Below, piece by piece: positions 16,438-25,014 of a stretch of 36,674 nucleotides of DNA. The stretch comes from Chloroflexota bacterium (lineage in GTDB: Bacteria; Chloroflexota; Limnocylindria; Limnocylindrales; CSP1-4). A program made the position numbers and the translations under genes. The stretch spans positions 1 to 36,674 of the forward strand of contig JANNHX010000173.1 of the NCBI GenBank assembly GCA_031404615.1, in the 5' to 3' direction. The number at the start of each line of letters is the position of its first letter. Position 1 is the first letter of the stretch. The notes below the pieces were generated by a model, which was given only the letters and a program-made list of their open reading frames with translations, did no database searches and was not told where the DNA came from.

Positions 16438-17583
16438 ATGACATCCCGCGAGCGCGTCCGAGCGGCCCTCGACCACAGGGAGCCGGACCGCCTCCCCGTC
16501 GATCTCGGCGGATCGATCGTCACATCGATCACGAAGGCGGCGTACGAGCCGCTCATGGCCCACCTTGGGCTCGACGCCGAGCCCGTTCGCGTCTACGACG
16601 AGGTCCAGCAGCTGCCGTTCCTCGCGGACTCGCTCCTCGACCGCTTCGGTGTAGACACCCGGATGGTCCAGCTGCCCCCGACCCACGTCGCCGGCGTCCC
16701 GATCATCGACGACGGGGAGTACTGGGCCATCTTCGACCGCTGGGGCTCCAAGATGCGGATGCCCAAGCGGAACGGCCTCTACTACGACTGGGTGGACTAC
16801 CCCATCGAGCCCACCCTCGAGTCGCTGGCCGGCTACACGTGGCCCGAGCCGGACCCGGTCGAGGTCGTCGCCACGCTCGCCGAACGCGCGAAGTGGCTCT
16901 ACGAGCACACCGACTACGCCCTCGTGGGGTCCGGCGTCATCGGCGGCGGCATCTTCGAGCAGGCGTGCCGGACGGTGGGCCTCGAGACCTTCATGGAGGC
17001 CATGCTCCTGGATCGTCCGTTCGCCGAGCGCCTCGTGGACGGGATCACGGACATCTACGTCGAGTCCGTGAACCGGTATCTCGACCAGGTGGGCCGGTAC
17101 ATCGACGTCTTCACCTTCTGGGACGACGTCTGCTCCCAGGACGGCTGGATGATCAGCCCGACGATCTACGCGAGCCTGATCAAGCCGCGCCAGCGACGGC
17201 TGTTCGACGCGATCAAGGCGAAGACCGACGCGAAGATCTTCTACCACGGCTGCGGCGCCGTGTTCGACCTGGTCCCGCACCTGATCGAGATCGGGGTCGA
17301 CATCCTCAACCCCGTGCAGGTCAGCGCGCGGGGGATGGACTCGGCCCGCCTGAAGGCCACCTACGGTCGCGACGTGACCTTCTGGGGTGGGGGAATCGAC
17401 ACCCAGCGGGTGCTGCCGTTCGGGACCGCCGCGGAGGTCCGCGACGAGGTCAAGCGGCGGATCGACGACTTCGCCCCGGGCGGCGGGTTCGTGTTCGCGA
17501 CCGTCCACAACATCCAAGCGTTCGTCCCGCCCGAGAACATCGTTGCGGTCTACGACACGGTGCGCGAGCACGGCGCCCGCTGA
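16438..17583 (+). CDS. URO-D family protein of MtaA/CmuA (corrinoid methyltransferase) type
   Basis: MTSRERVRAALDHREPDRLPVDLGGS...FTFWDDVCSQDGWMISP...KIFYHGCGAVFDLVPHLIEIGVDILNPVQ...VTFWGGGIDTQRVLPFGT...GGGFVFATVHNIQ. Start at ATG 16438 (alternatively GTG 16432) with GAGGA upstream. Confidence 0.85.
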   Translation: MTSRERVRAALDHREPDRLPVDLGGSIVTSITKAAYEPLMAHLGLDAEPVRVYDEVQQLPFLADSLLDRFGVDTRMVQLPPTHVAGVPIIDDGEYWAIFDRWGSKMRMPKRNGLYYDWVDYPIEPTLESLAGYTWPEPDPVEVVATLAERAKWLYEHTDYALVGSGVIGGGIFEQACRTVGLETFMEAMLLDRPFAERLVDGITDIYVESVNRYLDQVGRYIDVFTFWDDVCSQDGWMISPTIYASLIKPRQRRLFDAIKAKTDAKIFYHGCGAVFDLVPHLIEIGVDILNPVQVSARGMDSARLKATYGRDVTFWGGGIDTQRVLPFGTAAEVRDEVKRRIDDFAPGGGFVFATVHNIQAFVPPENIVAVYDTVREHGAR

Positions 17584-17595
17584 CGCGGGCACTTC

Positions 17596-20500
17596 CTATG
17601 CCGTCCCGGGCGGCGAGGCCGGCGGCGGCTCGCCCGCGATCCGGTCGAGCGCGCGGAGCGCGCCCATGTGCGATGGGTCGGCCGCGAGGACCTCGGCGAG
17701 GACGTCGCTCGCTTCGCCGGTGCGCCCGAGGGCACCCAGCGCGACGCCCTCGAGCCAGCGGCAGTCGAGGCGATGGCGTCGGTCGAGGTCGTCCTCGAAG
17801 ACGAGGAACGTCGGCAGGGACGTCGCGAAGAAGTCGATCCCCACGGGTTTCCTCGCCGCCCGGCGCGTGGCGTGCAGCAGGCCGCGGATGGCGAGCGCGC
17901 CGTCGTCGTGCCTGCCGGTGGCAACGAGCGCCAGGCCCCGGAAGGCCGCGGCCGCATGCAGCTCCGCGCCCGCCGGGAGCGGCGAGGCCGCTCGCCCCCA
18001 GGCGGCGAGCGCGCCTGCGGCGTCGCCGGCGGCCTGCCTCGCGCGACCCAGCTCGAACCAAAGCTCGTGCTCCGGATCCAGCGGATGGCGCGCCTCGCCG
18101 AGCGTCTCGGGCGGCTCGAGGGCGGCGTCGAGGTGGCCGATCGCTGCCGCCGCGTCGCCCGCCAGGAGCGCGGCCCTGCCTAGGCGGAGCCTCGCGCCGG
18201 TATGGGCATCGAGCGCCAGCCCCTCGCCGCCCTCCCAGGGGTGGAACCGGCGGCCGGAGAGGTGGGCCAGCGCGGCGGCGGCGCCTCGGACCTGCTCGAG
18301 CAGCAGCGCCATCTCGACACCGAGGTCGTCGCGGAGCGCCACCAGGTCGCGCTGACGCTCGAGGCGCCGGAGCCGCGCGGCGGGCGAGGCACCACGGCGC
18401 TTCTGGAGCTGGTCCAGCTCGTAGAGCACCCGCGCGTCGGTGGGGTCACAGGCGAACGCACGCAGGAACGAGCGCTCGGCGGCGCCGGGGGCGCGGAGCA
18501 CGTTGGCCTGCGCGATCCCCAGGTTGCGATGCACCGTCGGAAAGCCGGGGTCCAGCGCCCGGGCGGTGCGCCAGCAGGCGATCGCGTCGGCGTACCTGCG
18601 CCGGTCGTAGTAGAGGTTCCCGAGGTAGTACGGCGCGCGCGGGTCGCTGGGAACGGCGGCGGATGCGGCGAGCAGGATCTCGATCTCCACGAGGCGTGCG
18701 GGAAAGCAGCCATCCGCCGGCAGGGCGGCGGCGCGCCGGTACCAGGCCGCAGCCCCGTCCGGATCCCCGAGCCGGTCGCGGATCCAGCCCACGGTGTACG
18801 CGACCATCGGGTCGAGCGACGGTCCGCCCTCCGCGGCCACCACGAGCGGCGCGAGCTCGTCCTCGGCGTCGGCCAGCAGGCCAGCTGCAGCGTACTCGTG
18901 AGCGATGTCGAGCGCCGCCTGGGTCGCGGGCTGTCCCAGCACGGCGGCGGGCACCGGCAGATCACCGGGGCCCGGGCCTTCGAGCCGCCGGCGCTCCGCG
19001 AGCAGCCACCGGTCCAGCGGGTCCACGGCCAGGCCCGCGGCCACGACCGCAAGGGCGCCCACGTCGTCGCCCTGGTGGCGAAGCAGCGCAGCCTTGAGCG
19101 CGACCGCGGTCGCGTGCCTCGGATCGGCATCGAGCGCCCGGTCCGCCCGCGCGAGGGCACCACGCAGGTCTCCGGCCCGGGCGCGGAGCTGCGCGAGGGC
19201 ATGCTCAGCGGGTGCCTGCCATGCCCGCGACCACGTGGCCTTGGCGAGGGACTCCTCCGCCTCGGCATCGCGGCCGAGAAGCGCGAGACAGAGCCCGATC
19301 TGGTAGAAGGGCTCACCGTCGCCCGGGTTCGCGTTGCGCCGCGTCACACGGTCTACGGCCGTCCGCAGGTGCCGCTCCGCGTCGGCGTACCGGCCCGCGC
19401 GCAGCAGCATGACCCCGACGGCCGTGTTCGTCCGGACATCCGTGGGATCCCGCCGTAGCGCCTCCGCCCAGTACGGTCCGGGAAGCCTCGTCGCGTGGCG
19501 GTACTGCTCCAGGTGCACCGCGGTCAGGTACAGCTCCTCGATGGTCGGGACGTTGGCCGGGGCCGGCGGCTCCGCCGCGAGGACTGCGCCGGCTGCGGGC
19601 GCGTCCGACGCGGTGGAGGCCCGGATGAGCTCCCGACCATCCGCGGCACGCACCACGACGTCGAGAGTGGCGCCGGCCTGCAGCCCCGCGGGGAGCGCCA
19701 GGCGCAAGGGCGCGGCCGGCGTGATGGCTCCCCGGCGCTCTGCGAGGACCGCGCCGTCCCGGGTGACCACGACCAGGGCCGGCTCGACGGCTCGGGTCAC
19801 GTTGACGCCAACCTCGATCGCGACGGCGGCGGCGTCGCGCCGGACGCTCACGGCGGCGTCCCGGTTGGCCGCGAGCACGGGACCGATGTCCCGGATCGGG
19901 TACCAGGCCTGGGTGAACGTCCTGGTCTCGTAGGGCGCGAGGTAGGAGAAGTCCGGCTGGTTGTCGGTGTAGACCCCGGCCATCAGCTCGATGTAGGGGC
20001 CGCCCCCATCGGTGAGGTTGCGCTCCCACGCACGCCCGAACGCTGCGTCGCCCCAGGTCCACTGCTTCTTGCCGGGCGCGACGCGGTGGTCGGCGATGTG
20101 GACGAGGCCGGCGCCGGCCTCATGGTCGTAGCCGCCGAAGAAGTCCTCGCGGGACCCGACGGCCATGTACGAGGTCGGAACGGGGATGTTGGCGTACCAC
20201 GAGAGGTCGGCTGCCTCGGGCGGTCGCGCCCCGTAGTCGACGCCGTAGTAGCGGCCCCGGGCCACCGGGAACGCCGAGGTCGCGCGCCGGGCGTGGTCCG
20301 CCACGGAACGCACGTCGGACGGGAAGAACGACTGGTAGCGCTCGTTGACTCGGACGGCGACGTTCGCCCACCACAGGAAGGTCTGCGTGTGGGGCGTCCG
20401 GTTGGCGAGCCGGACGCGCGCCTCCACGAGCGACGAGCCGGGGCGCAGCCGGATCCCCACCATGCCCTTCATCCGGTTCATCGGCTCGTGGTCGCCCATC

Positions 20501-20976
20501 CACACGATCCGACCGCCGTCGGGCTCCTCCTCGATCGCCCAGTCCACCGGCATGAAGGTCGACGGCCGGTGGTGCTGCGGCCAGTTGAACTCGACGCCGC
20601 CGCTGATCCACGGCCCGAGCAGGCCGACCAGGGCGGGCTTGATCACCGGCTGGCGGTAGAAGAAGTCGTAGCCGTTGGTCCTGTCGCGGCCGACCTGGAT
20701 CCTGCCCCCGATCTCGGGGAGCAGCATCAGCGAGACGAGGTCGTTCTCGAGGTGGATCGCCTGCCAGGTGCGGTCCTCGCAGACGTCCAGGACGCGATCG
20801 ATGATCCGGTTCGGGTACACCCTCCCGCTGCTGCCCTGGTAGACCCGCTTCTCGAGGAACATCGGGTTCCGGTCCGGGGGCGCGAGCGGGTACGTCGGGA
20901 TGACGACGGGCTCGGCCCATGCCCGGACGCCCGTCTCGGGGGCTCCGCTGGGGGACGCATCGTCGCCGGCCATCAT
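17596..20976 (-). CDS. Large DUF5107-domain protein with a C-terminal TPR array (1126 aa)
   Basis: The N-terminus IPTYPLAPPDRNPMFLEKRVYQGSSGRVYPNRIID...GPWISGGVEFNWPQHHRPSTF matches my recollection of DUF5107. The C-terminal ~650 aa has repeated A/L-rich helical TPR-like units (YYLGNLYYDRRRYADAIACWRTARALDP...). The start lies 4 nt after the permease stop. Confidence 0.75.
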   Translation of the reverse strand: MMAGDDASPSGAPETGVRAWAEPVVIPTYPLAPPDRNPMFLEKRVYQGSSGRVYPNRIIDRVLDVCEDRTWQAIHLENDLVSLMLLPEIGGRIQVGRDRTNGYDFFYRQPVIKPALVGLLGPWISGGVEFNWPQHHRPSTFMPVDWAIEEEPDGGRIVWMGDHEPMNRMKGMVGIRLRPGSSLVEARVRLANRTPHTQTFLWWANVAVRVNERYQSFFPSDVRSVADHARRATSAFPVARGRYYGVDYGARPPEAADLSWYANIPVPTSYMAVGSREDFFGGYDHEAGAGLVHIADHRVAPGKKQWTWGDAAFGRAWERNLTDGGGPYIELMAGVYTDNQPDFSYLAPYETRTFTQAWYPIRDIGPVLAANRDAAVSVRRDAAAVAIEVGVNVTRAVEPALVVVTRDGAVLAERRGAITPAAPLRLALPAGLQAGATLDVVVRAADGRELIRASTASDAPAAGAVLAAEPPAPANVPTIEELYLTAVHLEQYRHATRLPGPYWAEALRRDPTDVRTNTAVGVMLLRAGRYADAERHLRTAVDRVTRRNANPGDGEPFYQIGLCLALLGRDAEAEESLAKATWSRAWQAPAEHALAQLRARAGDLRGALARADRALDADPRHATAVALKAALLRHQGDDVGALAVVAAGLAVDPLDRWLLAERRRLEGPGPGDLPVPAAVLGQPATQAALDIAHEYAAAGLLADAEDELAPLVVAAEGGPSLDPMVAYTVGWIRDRLGDPDGAAAWYRRAAALPADGCFPARLVEIEILLAASAAVPSDPRAPYYLGNLYYDRRRYADAIACWRTARALDPGFPTVHRNLGIAQANVLRAPGAAERSFLRAFACDPTDARVLYELDQLQKRRGASPAARLRRLERQRDLVALRDDLGVEMALLLEQVRGAAAALAHLSGRRFHPWEGGEGLALDAHTGARLRLGRAALLAGDAAAAIGHLDAALEPPETLGEARHPLDPEHELWFELGRARQAAGDAAGALAAWGRAASPLPAGAELHAAAAFRGLALVATGRHDDGALAIRGLLHATRRAARKPVGIDFFATSLPTFLVFEDDLDRRHRLDCRWLEGVALGALGRTGEASDVLAEVLAADPSHMGALRALDRIAGEPPPASPPGTA

Positions 20977-20980
20977 GCGA

Positions 20981-22114
20981 TCAGGCGCTCGCGGTGGTCC
21001 TGGACCCGGACCGCTCGGAGCGCGACTGGCGCCACTGCGACAGGGCGACCGCGAAGACGAGCAGCATGCCGAGGGCGATCCGCTGGTAGAACTGGCCCAC
21101 GCCGAGCAGATTCATCCCGTTGTTGAGGACGCCGACGAGCAGGACCGCGAGGACCGTGCCCACGATGGTGCCGCGGCCACCCGCGGTCGCCGCCCCGCCG
21201 AGGAACACGGCGGTGATCGCCTGGAGCTCGAGGCCGCGACCGTTGATCGGGTTGCCCGACGTCGTCTGGGCCGTGAGGAGGACGCCGGCGATGCCGGCGA
21301 TCGCGCCCGACACCACGTACATGCCGATGCGCACAGCCCGGACGTTGATGCCCGCCAGGCGTGCGGCCGTGGCGTTGCCGCCGATCGCGTAGATGGACCG
21401 GCCGAAGTCGGTGTAGCGCATGACGATGTGCATGATCGTGGCCACCGCGATGAACACCACGAACATGACCGGCAGTCCCGGCCACGGGCGTCCTCCAAGC
21501 GCAGGCAGCGGCAGGTCCTGGAGAAATCGGCCTGTCCCCAACCACGTGAAGTCGGGATGGGTGACGATGCCGATCGGCTTGCCTCCGGGCGCAACGAGGA
21601 ACGCGAGGCCGTCGAATGCGGCCAGCGTGCCAAGCGTTGCGATGATCGGGTTCACCTTGAGGACCGTCACGATGAGGCCGTTGATGACGCCCGCGGCAGA
21701 CCCGGCACCCATGCCGGCGGCGAAGGCGAGCACCACGGAGCCCTCGAAGGCACCGAGGATCCCCTGGGTCACGGCAAGGGCAGAGACGACGGACGCCAGG
21801 CTGGCGATGGAGCCGACCGAGATGTCGAGCGCGCCGGCGACGATGACGGCCGTCTCGCCGACCGCCAGGAGCCCGACGATGACCACGCTCTGGGCGAGGC
21901 TGTTGATGAGGTTCTGCCACGAGAAGAAGTTCTCTCCGCCCTTGATCCCGAATAGCGGCGAGACAAACGCGATCAGGATGCCGAGAGCCGCCAGGGCAGC
22001 GAACAGCGAGAGGTTGTCCACGCCGATCGTGCCGATGACCCGGCGAAACACTCCGGGCCCCGTGGGCTTCGCGGATGGTGCGGGCTGCACGGCCGGAGCC
22101 TGCCCGTCGTTCAT
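20981..22114 (-). CDS. Sugar ABC transporter permease (CUT2/RbsC-XylH type)
   Basis: About 10 hydrophobic segments and GALDISVGSIASL (typical of BPD_transp_2 permeases). ATG at 22114 overlaps the ATPase stop (ATGA, 22111-22114). The longest ORF adds an R/P-rich junk extension. Confidence 0.85.
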   Translation of the reverse strand: MNDGQAPAVQPAPSAKPTGPGVFRRVIGTIGVDNLSLFAALAALGILIAFVSPLFGIKGGENFFSWQNLINSLAQSVVIVGLLAVGETAVIVAGALDISVGSIASLASVVSALAVTQGILGAFEGSVVLAFAAGMGAGSAAGVINGLIVTVLKVNPIIATLGTLAAFDGLAFLVAPGGKPIGIVTHPDFTWLGTGRFLQDLPLPALGGRPWPGLPVMFVVFIAVATIMHIVMRYTDFGRSIYAIGGNATAARLAGINVRAVRIGMYVVSGAIAGIAGVLLTAQTTSGNPINGRGLELQAITAVFLGGAATAGGRGTIVGTVLAVLLVGVLNNGMNLLGVGQFYQRIALGMLLVFAVALSQWRQSRSERSGSRTTASA

Positions 22115-23697
22115 GCTCGAACTTCTCCAGCTAGGGCCGGCGGCACGGGGACCGCGGCCAGGTGGTCGGCCATGGCGAGGGCGAGGACGGACTCCTCGGT
22201 CGCCTGGCTGCCGAGGAGCTCGCCGCGGATCCGGCCGGCCTGCATCACGTAGATGCGGTCGCAAAGGCCGAGGATCTCGGTCAGCTCGGACGAGATGAGG
22301 ACGACGGCGAGCCCGTCAGTGGCGAGCCCGTCGATGAGGCGATAGATCTCCGCCTTGGCGCCGACGTCGATGCCGCGGGTCGGCTCGTCGAGGATCAGCA
22401 CGCGCGGCTTGGCGGCGAGCCAGCGGGCGAGGACGACCTTCTGCTGGTTGCCGCCGGACAGCTTGCCGATCTCCTGCTCGAGCGACGGGGTCCGGACACG
22501 CAGGCGGTCGACGAACGTGGCGACGATGCGGCGTTCCTCTCGGCGGCGGACGAAATGCAGGGTCGTGAGGCGCCGCAGGATCGTGAGCGACGCGTTCTCG
22601 AGCACGCTGCGGATCGGGATGATCCCCTCGCGCTTGCGCTCCTCGGGCGTGTAGCCGATGCCGACGCGGATGGCGTCCGACGGGCGGTGGACATGGACCA
22701 CCTTGCCGTCGACCTGCACGGTGCCGGCGGTCATCGGCAGCTCGCCGAACACGACCTTCGCCAGCTCGGTGCGGCCGGCGCCGACGAGCCCGGCGAAACC
22801 GACGACCTCACCCGCCCGCGCCTCGAACGACACGTCTCGGTGCCAGTCGCTGGACAGGTGGTCGACGCGCAGCACGACGGCCCCGGTCGGAGGGCGGTTG
22901 CGGGCGAAGACGTCAGTGATGGGCCGGCCCACCATCAGGCGCACGATCTCGCCCTCGGTAAGGTCGGCGGCGGCGCGCACGGCGACGAGCCGTCCGTCAC
23001 GGAGCACCGCGACGCGGTCGGCCAGGCGGAGGATCTCGTTGATCCGGTGGGAGACGTAGATGATGGCGACGCCCTGCGCCCGGAGCCTGCGGACCAGCGC
23101 GAACAGGCGGTCCACTTCGGCGTCGGTGAGCGACGACGTCGGCTCATCCAGGGCGAGCACCCTGACGCCGGATTTGAGCGCCCGGGCGATCTCCACGAGC
23201 TGCCGCTGGGCGGCCGACAGCCGGTCACCCATGGTCTCGGGGCTCAGGACCGATTCGAACCCAAAGCGCCGCAGGTCCGCGGCAACGAGCTCGTTGAGCT
23301 TGCGCCGATCGATGAACGGGCCACGCGTCGGCAGCTCGCCCGCGTAGATGTTTTCGGCGACGTCCACGCCGGGGATGATCTCGGGCTCCTGGTAGATGAC
23401 GCGGACCCCGGCGTGCCGGGCCTCCCGCGGATTGGAGAACCGGAGGGTCACCCCGTCGAGGGTCATCGTCCCGTCGTCGGGCTGATAGTCGCCGTTGAGG
23501 ATCTTGAGCAGCGTCGACTTGCCGGCGCCGTTCTCGCCCATGCAGGCGAGGATCTCGCCGCCGTGGACATCGAGCGACACGTCGTCCAGGGCCTGGACGT
23601 TTGGAAAGGCCTTGCTCAGGCCGCGGATCTCCAGGGTGCCCGTGTCGGGGCTCCCCGGCTGCCGGTCGGCGGTTGCCGGCTCCAAGTCAGGCGCCAT
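22111..23697 (-). CDS. Sugar ABC transporter ATP-binding protein, fused double NBD (RbsA/MglA/XylG type)
   Basis: NBD1: Walker A GENGAGKST, signature LSAAQRQ, Walker B LALDEPT. NBD2: GLVGAGRTE, LSGGNQQK, LILDEPTRGID. Confidence 0.9.
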   Translation of the reverse strand: MAPDLEPATADRQPGSPDTGTLEIRGLSKAFPNVQALDDVSLDVHGGEILACMGENGAGKSTLLKILNGDYQPDDGTMTLDGVTLRFSNPREARHAGVRVIYQEPEIIPGVDVAENIYAGELPTRGPFIDRRKLNELVAADLRRFGFESVLSPETMGDRLSAAQRQLVEIARALKSGVRVLALDEPTSSLTDAEVDRLFALVRRLRAQGVAIIYVSHRINEILRLADRVAVLRDGRLVAVRAAADLTEGEIVRLMVGRPITDVFARNRPPTGAVVLRVDHLSSDWHRDVSFEARAGEVVGFAGLVGAGRTELAKVVFGELPMTAGTVQVDGKVVHVHRPSDAIRVGIGYTPEERKREGIIPIRSVLENASLTILRRLTTLHFVRRREERRIVATFVDRLRVRTPSLEQEIGKLSGGNQQKVVLARWLAAKPRVLILDEPTRGIDVGAKAEIYRLIDGLATDGLAVVLISSELTEILGLCDRIYVMQAGRIRGELLGSQATEESVLALAMADHLAAVPVPPALAGEVRA

Positions 23698-23734
23698 ACG
23701 TCCTCACCGATGCGCTCTCTTGAGCATGGACTGT

Positions 23735-23762
23735 CCCCCGGTCGCCACACGGCGACCGGGGG
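23735..23762 (-). terminator. Strong intra-operon hairpin between the SBP and ATPase genes (12-bp perfect stem, 4-nt loop); attenuator/mRNA-stabiliser candidate
   Basis: CCCCCGGTCGCC-ACAC-GGCGACCGGGGG sits in the 85-nt SBP-ATPase gap. There is no U-tract, and a GGTGAGGA RBS for the ATPase follows. Confidence 0.5.
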
Positions 23763-23782
23763 CCAGCCAGGAGGAGGATGGA

Positions 23783-24868
23783 CTACTTGCAGGCTGCGAG
23801 GGAGGCCTTGCTGAAGGTCGCCTCGTACGTGGTCGGGTCCACGATCGTGGTCTTGGCCACGGTGGTCGGCGGCAGGGCCGTGCCGTTGACGACGTTGTCC
23901 CACAGCGCCTGGGCGGCGGCCGCGCCGACGTCGGTGCCGGAGATGTAGAGGCCGGCCTTGAAGCCGCTCTCCTGGCCGGCAGCCCACGGGCGGCAGGCCT
24001 CGTAGGCGCCGAGGCCCACGCCGATGATGGCATCGGGCTTCACGCCGGCGGCGCCCAAGGCGTTGATGCCGCCCAGCACGCTCTCGTCGTTGCAGCCGAA
24101 GACCACCCAGTTGGTGACGTCCGGATGAGCGGTGATGACCGGGGCGGCCGCAGACTGCGAGCCGGCCACGGTGGCGTCCGAGGCGACGGGGAAGATCTGG
24201 TCGGCGGTGGCGCCCGCCTTGGCGACCTCGGCCTTCGAGGCGTCGGTGCGCTGGTTGCAGACGGTCAGGTCCTGCTTCTCGACGGAGAGGACGCCCACCT
24301 TCTTGGTGCTGTCGGTGAGCCAGCCACCCGCGGTGAGGAGGCGACCGGCCTCGACGCCGACCTTGGTGCCCATGTCCGTGCCGTCGAAGCCGACGAACGG
24401 GATGTCCGCTCCGGCGGCGTCCTTGATCGGGTCATCGGTGGCGACGAGGGCCACGCCGGCATCTTTGACGGCGGTCGCGATCGCGGGCCCGATCGACTGG
24501 TCGGGGACCGTGATGGCGATGCCCTTGGCGCCCTTCGAGATGGCGTCGTTGACGAGCTGGACGCCCAGCGGCGCCTCGGCCTTGGCATCGAACTTGGCGG
24601 CCTCGCCGCCGAGGCCGGTGATCGTGTCGACGAACGCGGTCTGCAGGTCGATGAAGTACTGCTGGTCGGCGGCCTTGTTGATGACCACGAACAGCTGCTT
24701 GCCTGCCGCGGAGGGGGCCGCTTCGGACGGGGCTGCGACGGAGGCCGCCGCGGAGGGGGCTGCGACGGAGGCCGCCGCGGAGGGCGACGCCGCCCCGTTG
24801 GACGAGCACGCGCCGACGGCGAGCGCCACGATGGCGGTCAGTGCCGCGACGCGCTGAACCTTCTTCAA
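23783..24868 (-). CDS. Sugar ABC transporter substrate-binding lipoprotein (CUT2, periplasmic-binding-protein type I)
   Basis: The TTG start at 24868 has a perfect AGGAGG 6 nt upstream and gives (M)KKVQRVAALTAIVALAVGAC, a signal peptide plus lipobox LAVGAC. This is followed by an Ala/Ser/Pro linker and an RbsB-like body (KQLFVVINKAADQQYF...GIAITVPDQ...VVFGCNDE). The longest ORF (25030) is rejected. Confidence 0.85.
   Translation of the reverse strand: MKKVQRVAALTAIVALAVGACSSNGAASPSAAASVAAPSAAASVAAPSEAAPSAAGKQLFVVINKAADQQYFIDLQTAFVDTITGLGGEAAKFDAKAEAPLGVQLVNDAISKGAKGIAITVPDQSIGPAIATAVKDAGVALVATDDPIKDAAGADIPFVGFDGTDMGTKVGVEAGRLLTAGGWLTDSTKKVGVLSVEKQDLTVCNQRTDASKAEVAKAGATADQIFPVASDATVAGSQSAAAPVITAHPDVTNWVVFGCNDESVLGGINALGAAGVKPDAIIGVGLGAYEACRPWAAGQESGFKAGLYISGTDVGAAAAQALWDNVVNGTALPPTTVAKTTIVDPTTYEATFSKASLAACK
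24728..24781. repeat. Perfect 27-bp tandem duplication (2 copies) inside the SBP linker
   Basis: GGGGCTGCGACGGAGGCCGCCGCGGAG occurs at 24728-24754 and again at 24755-24781. It encodes SAAASVAAP twice, with a degenerate partial copy just upstream. Confidence 0.9.
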
Positions 24869-25014
24869 GTGAGACCTCCTGTGCGGGCGGCCGAACGACA
24901 TCTGACCTGCACCAGCGGGTCGGGGCTGGAGGACGACAACGGCTGACCCGGCGCGGTTGGCCTCGAAGGCTGCCGCCTGTCCGTGCAGTGTGCGGATCGG
25001 CGCTGGGACTGTCA

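Noticed and set aside
16413-19097. 894-aa plus-strand ORF, the longest plus-strand ORF in the track
   Set aside because: The composition is extremely Arg/Pro/Gly/Ala-rich and not protein-like. The ORF is out of frame with the well-supported URO-D gene at its 5' end and antisense to the DUF5107/TPR gene. This is the typical spurious open frame of high-GC DNA.
24700-24790. Short GC-rich tandem repeats, considered as a CRISPR or minisatellite
   Set aside because: There are only two perfect 27-bp units with no spacers, they are in frame, and they lie inside the SBP linker. This is a coding tandem duplication, not a CRISPR array.
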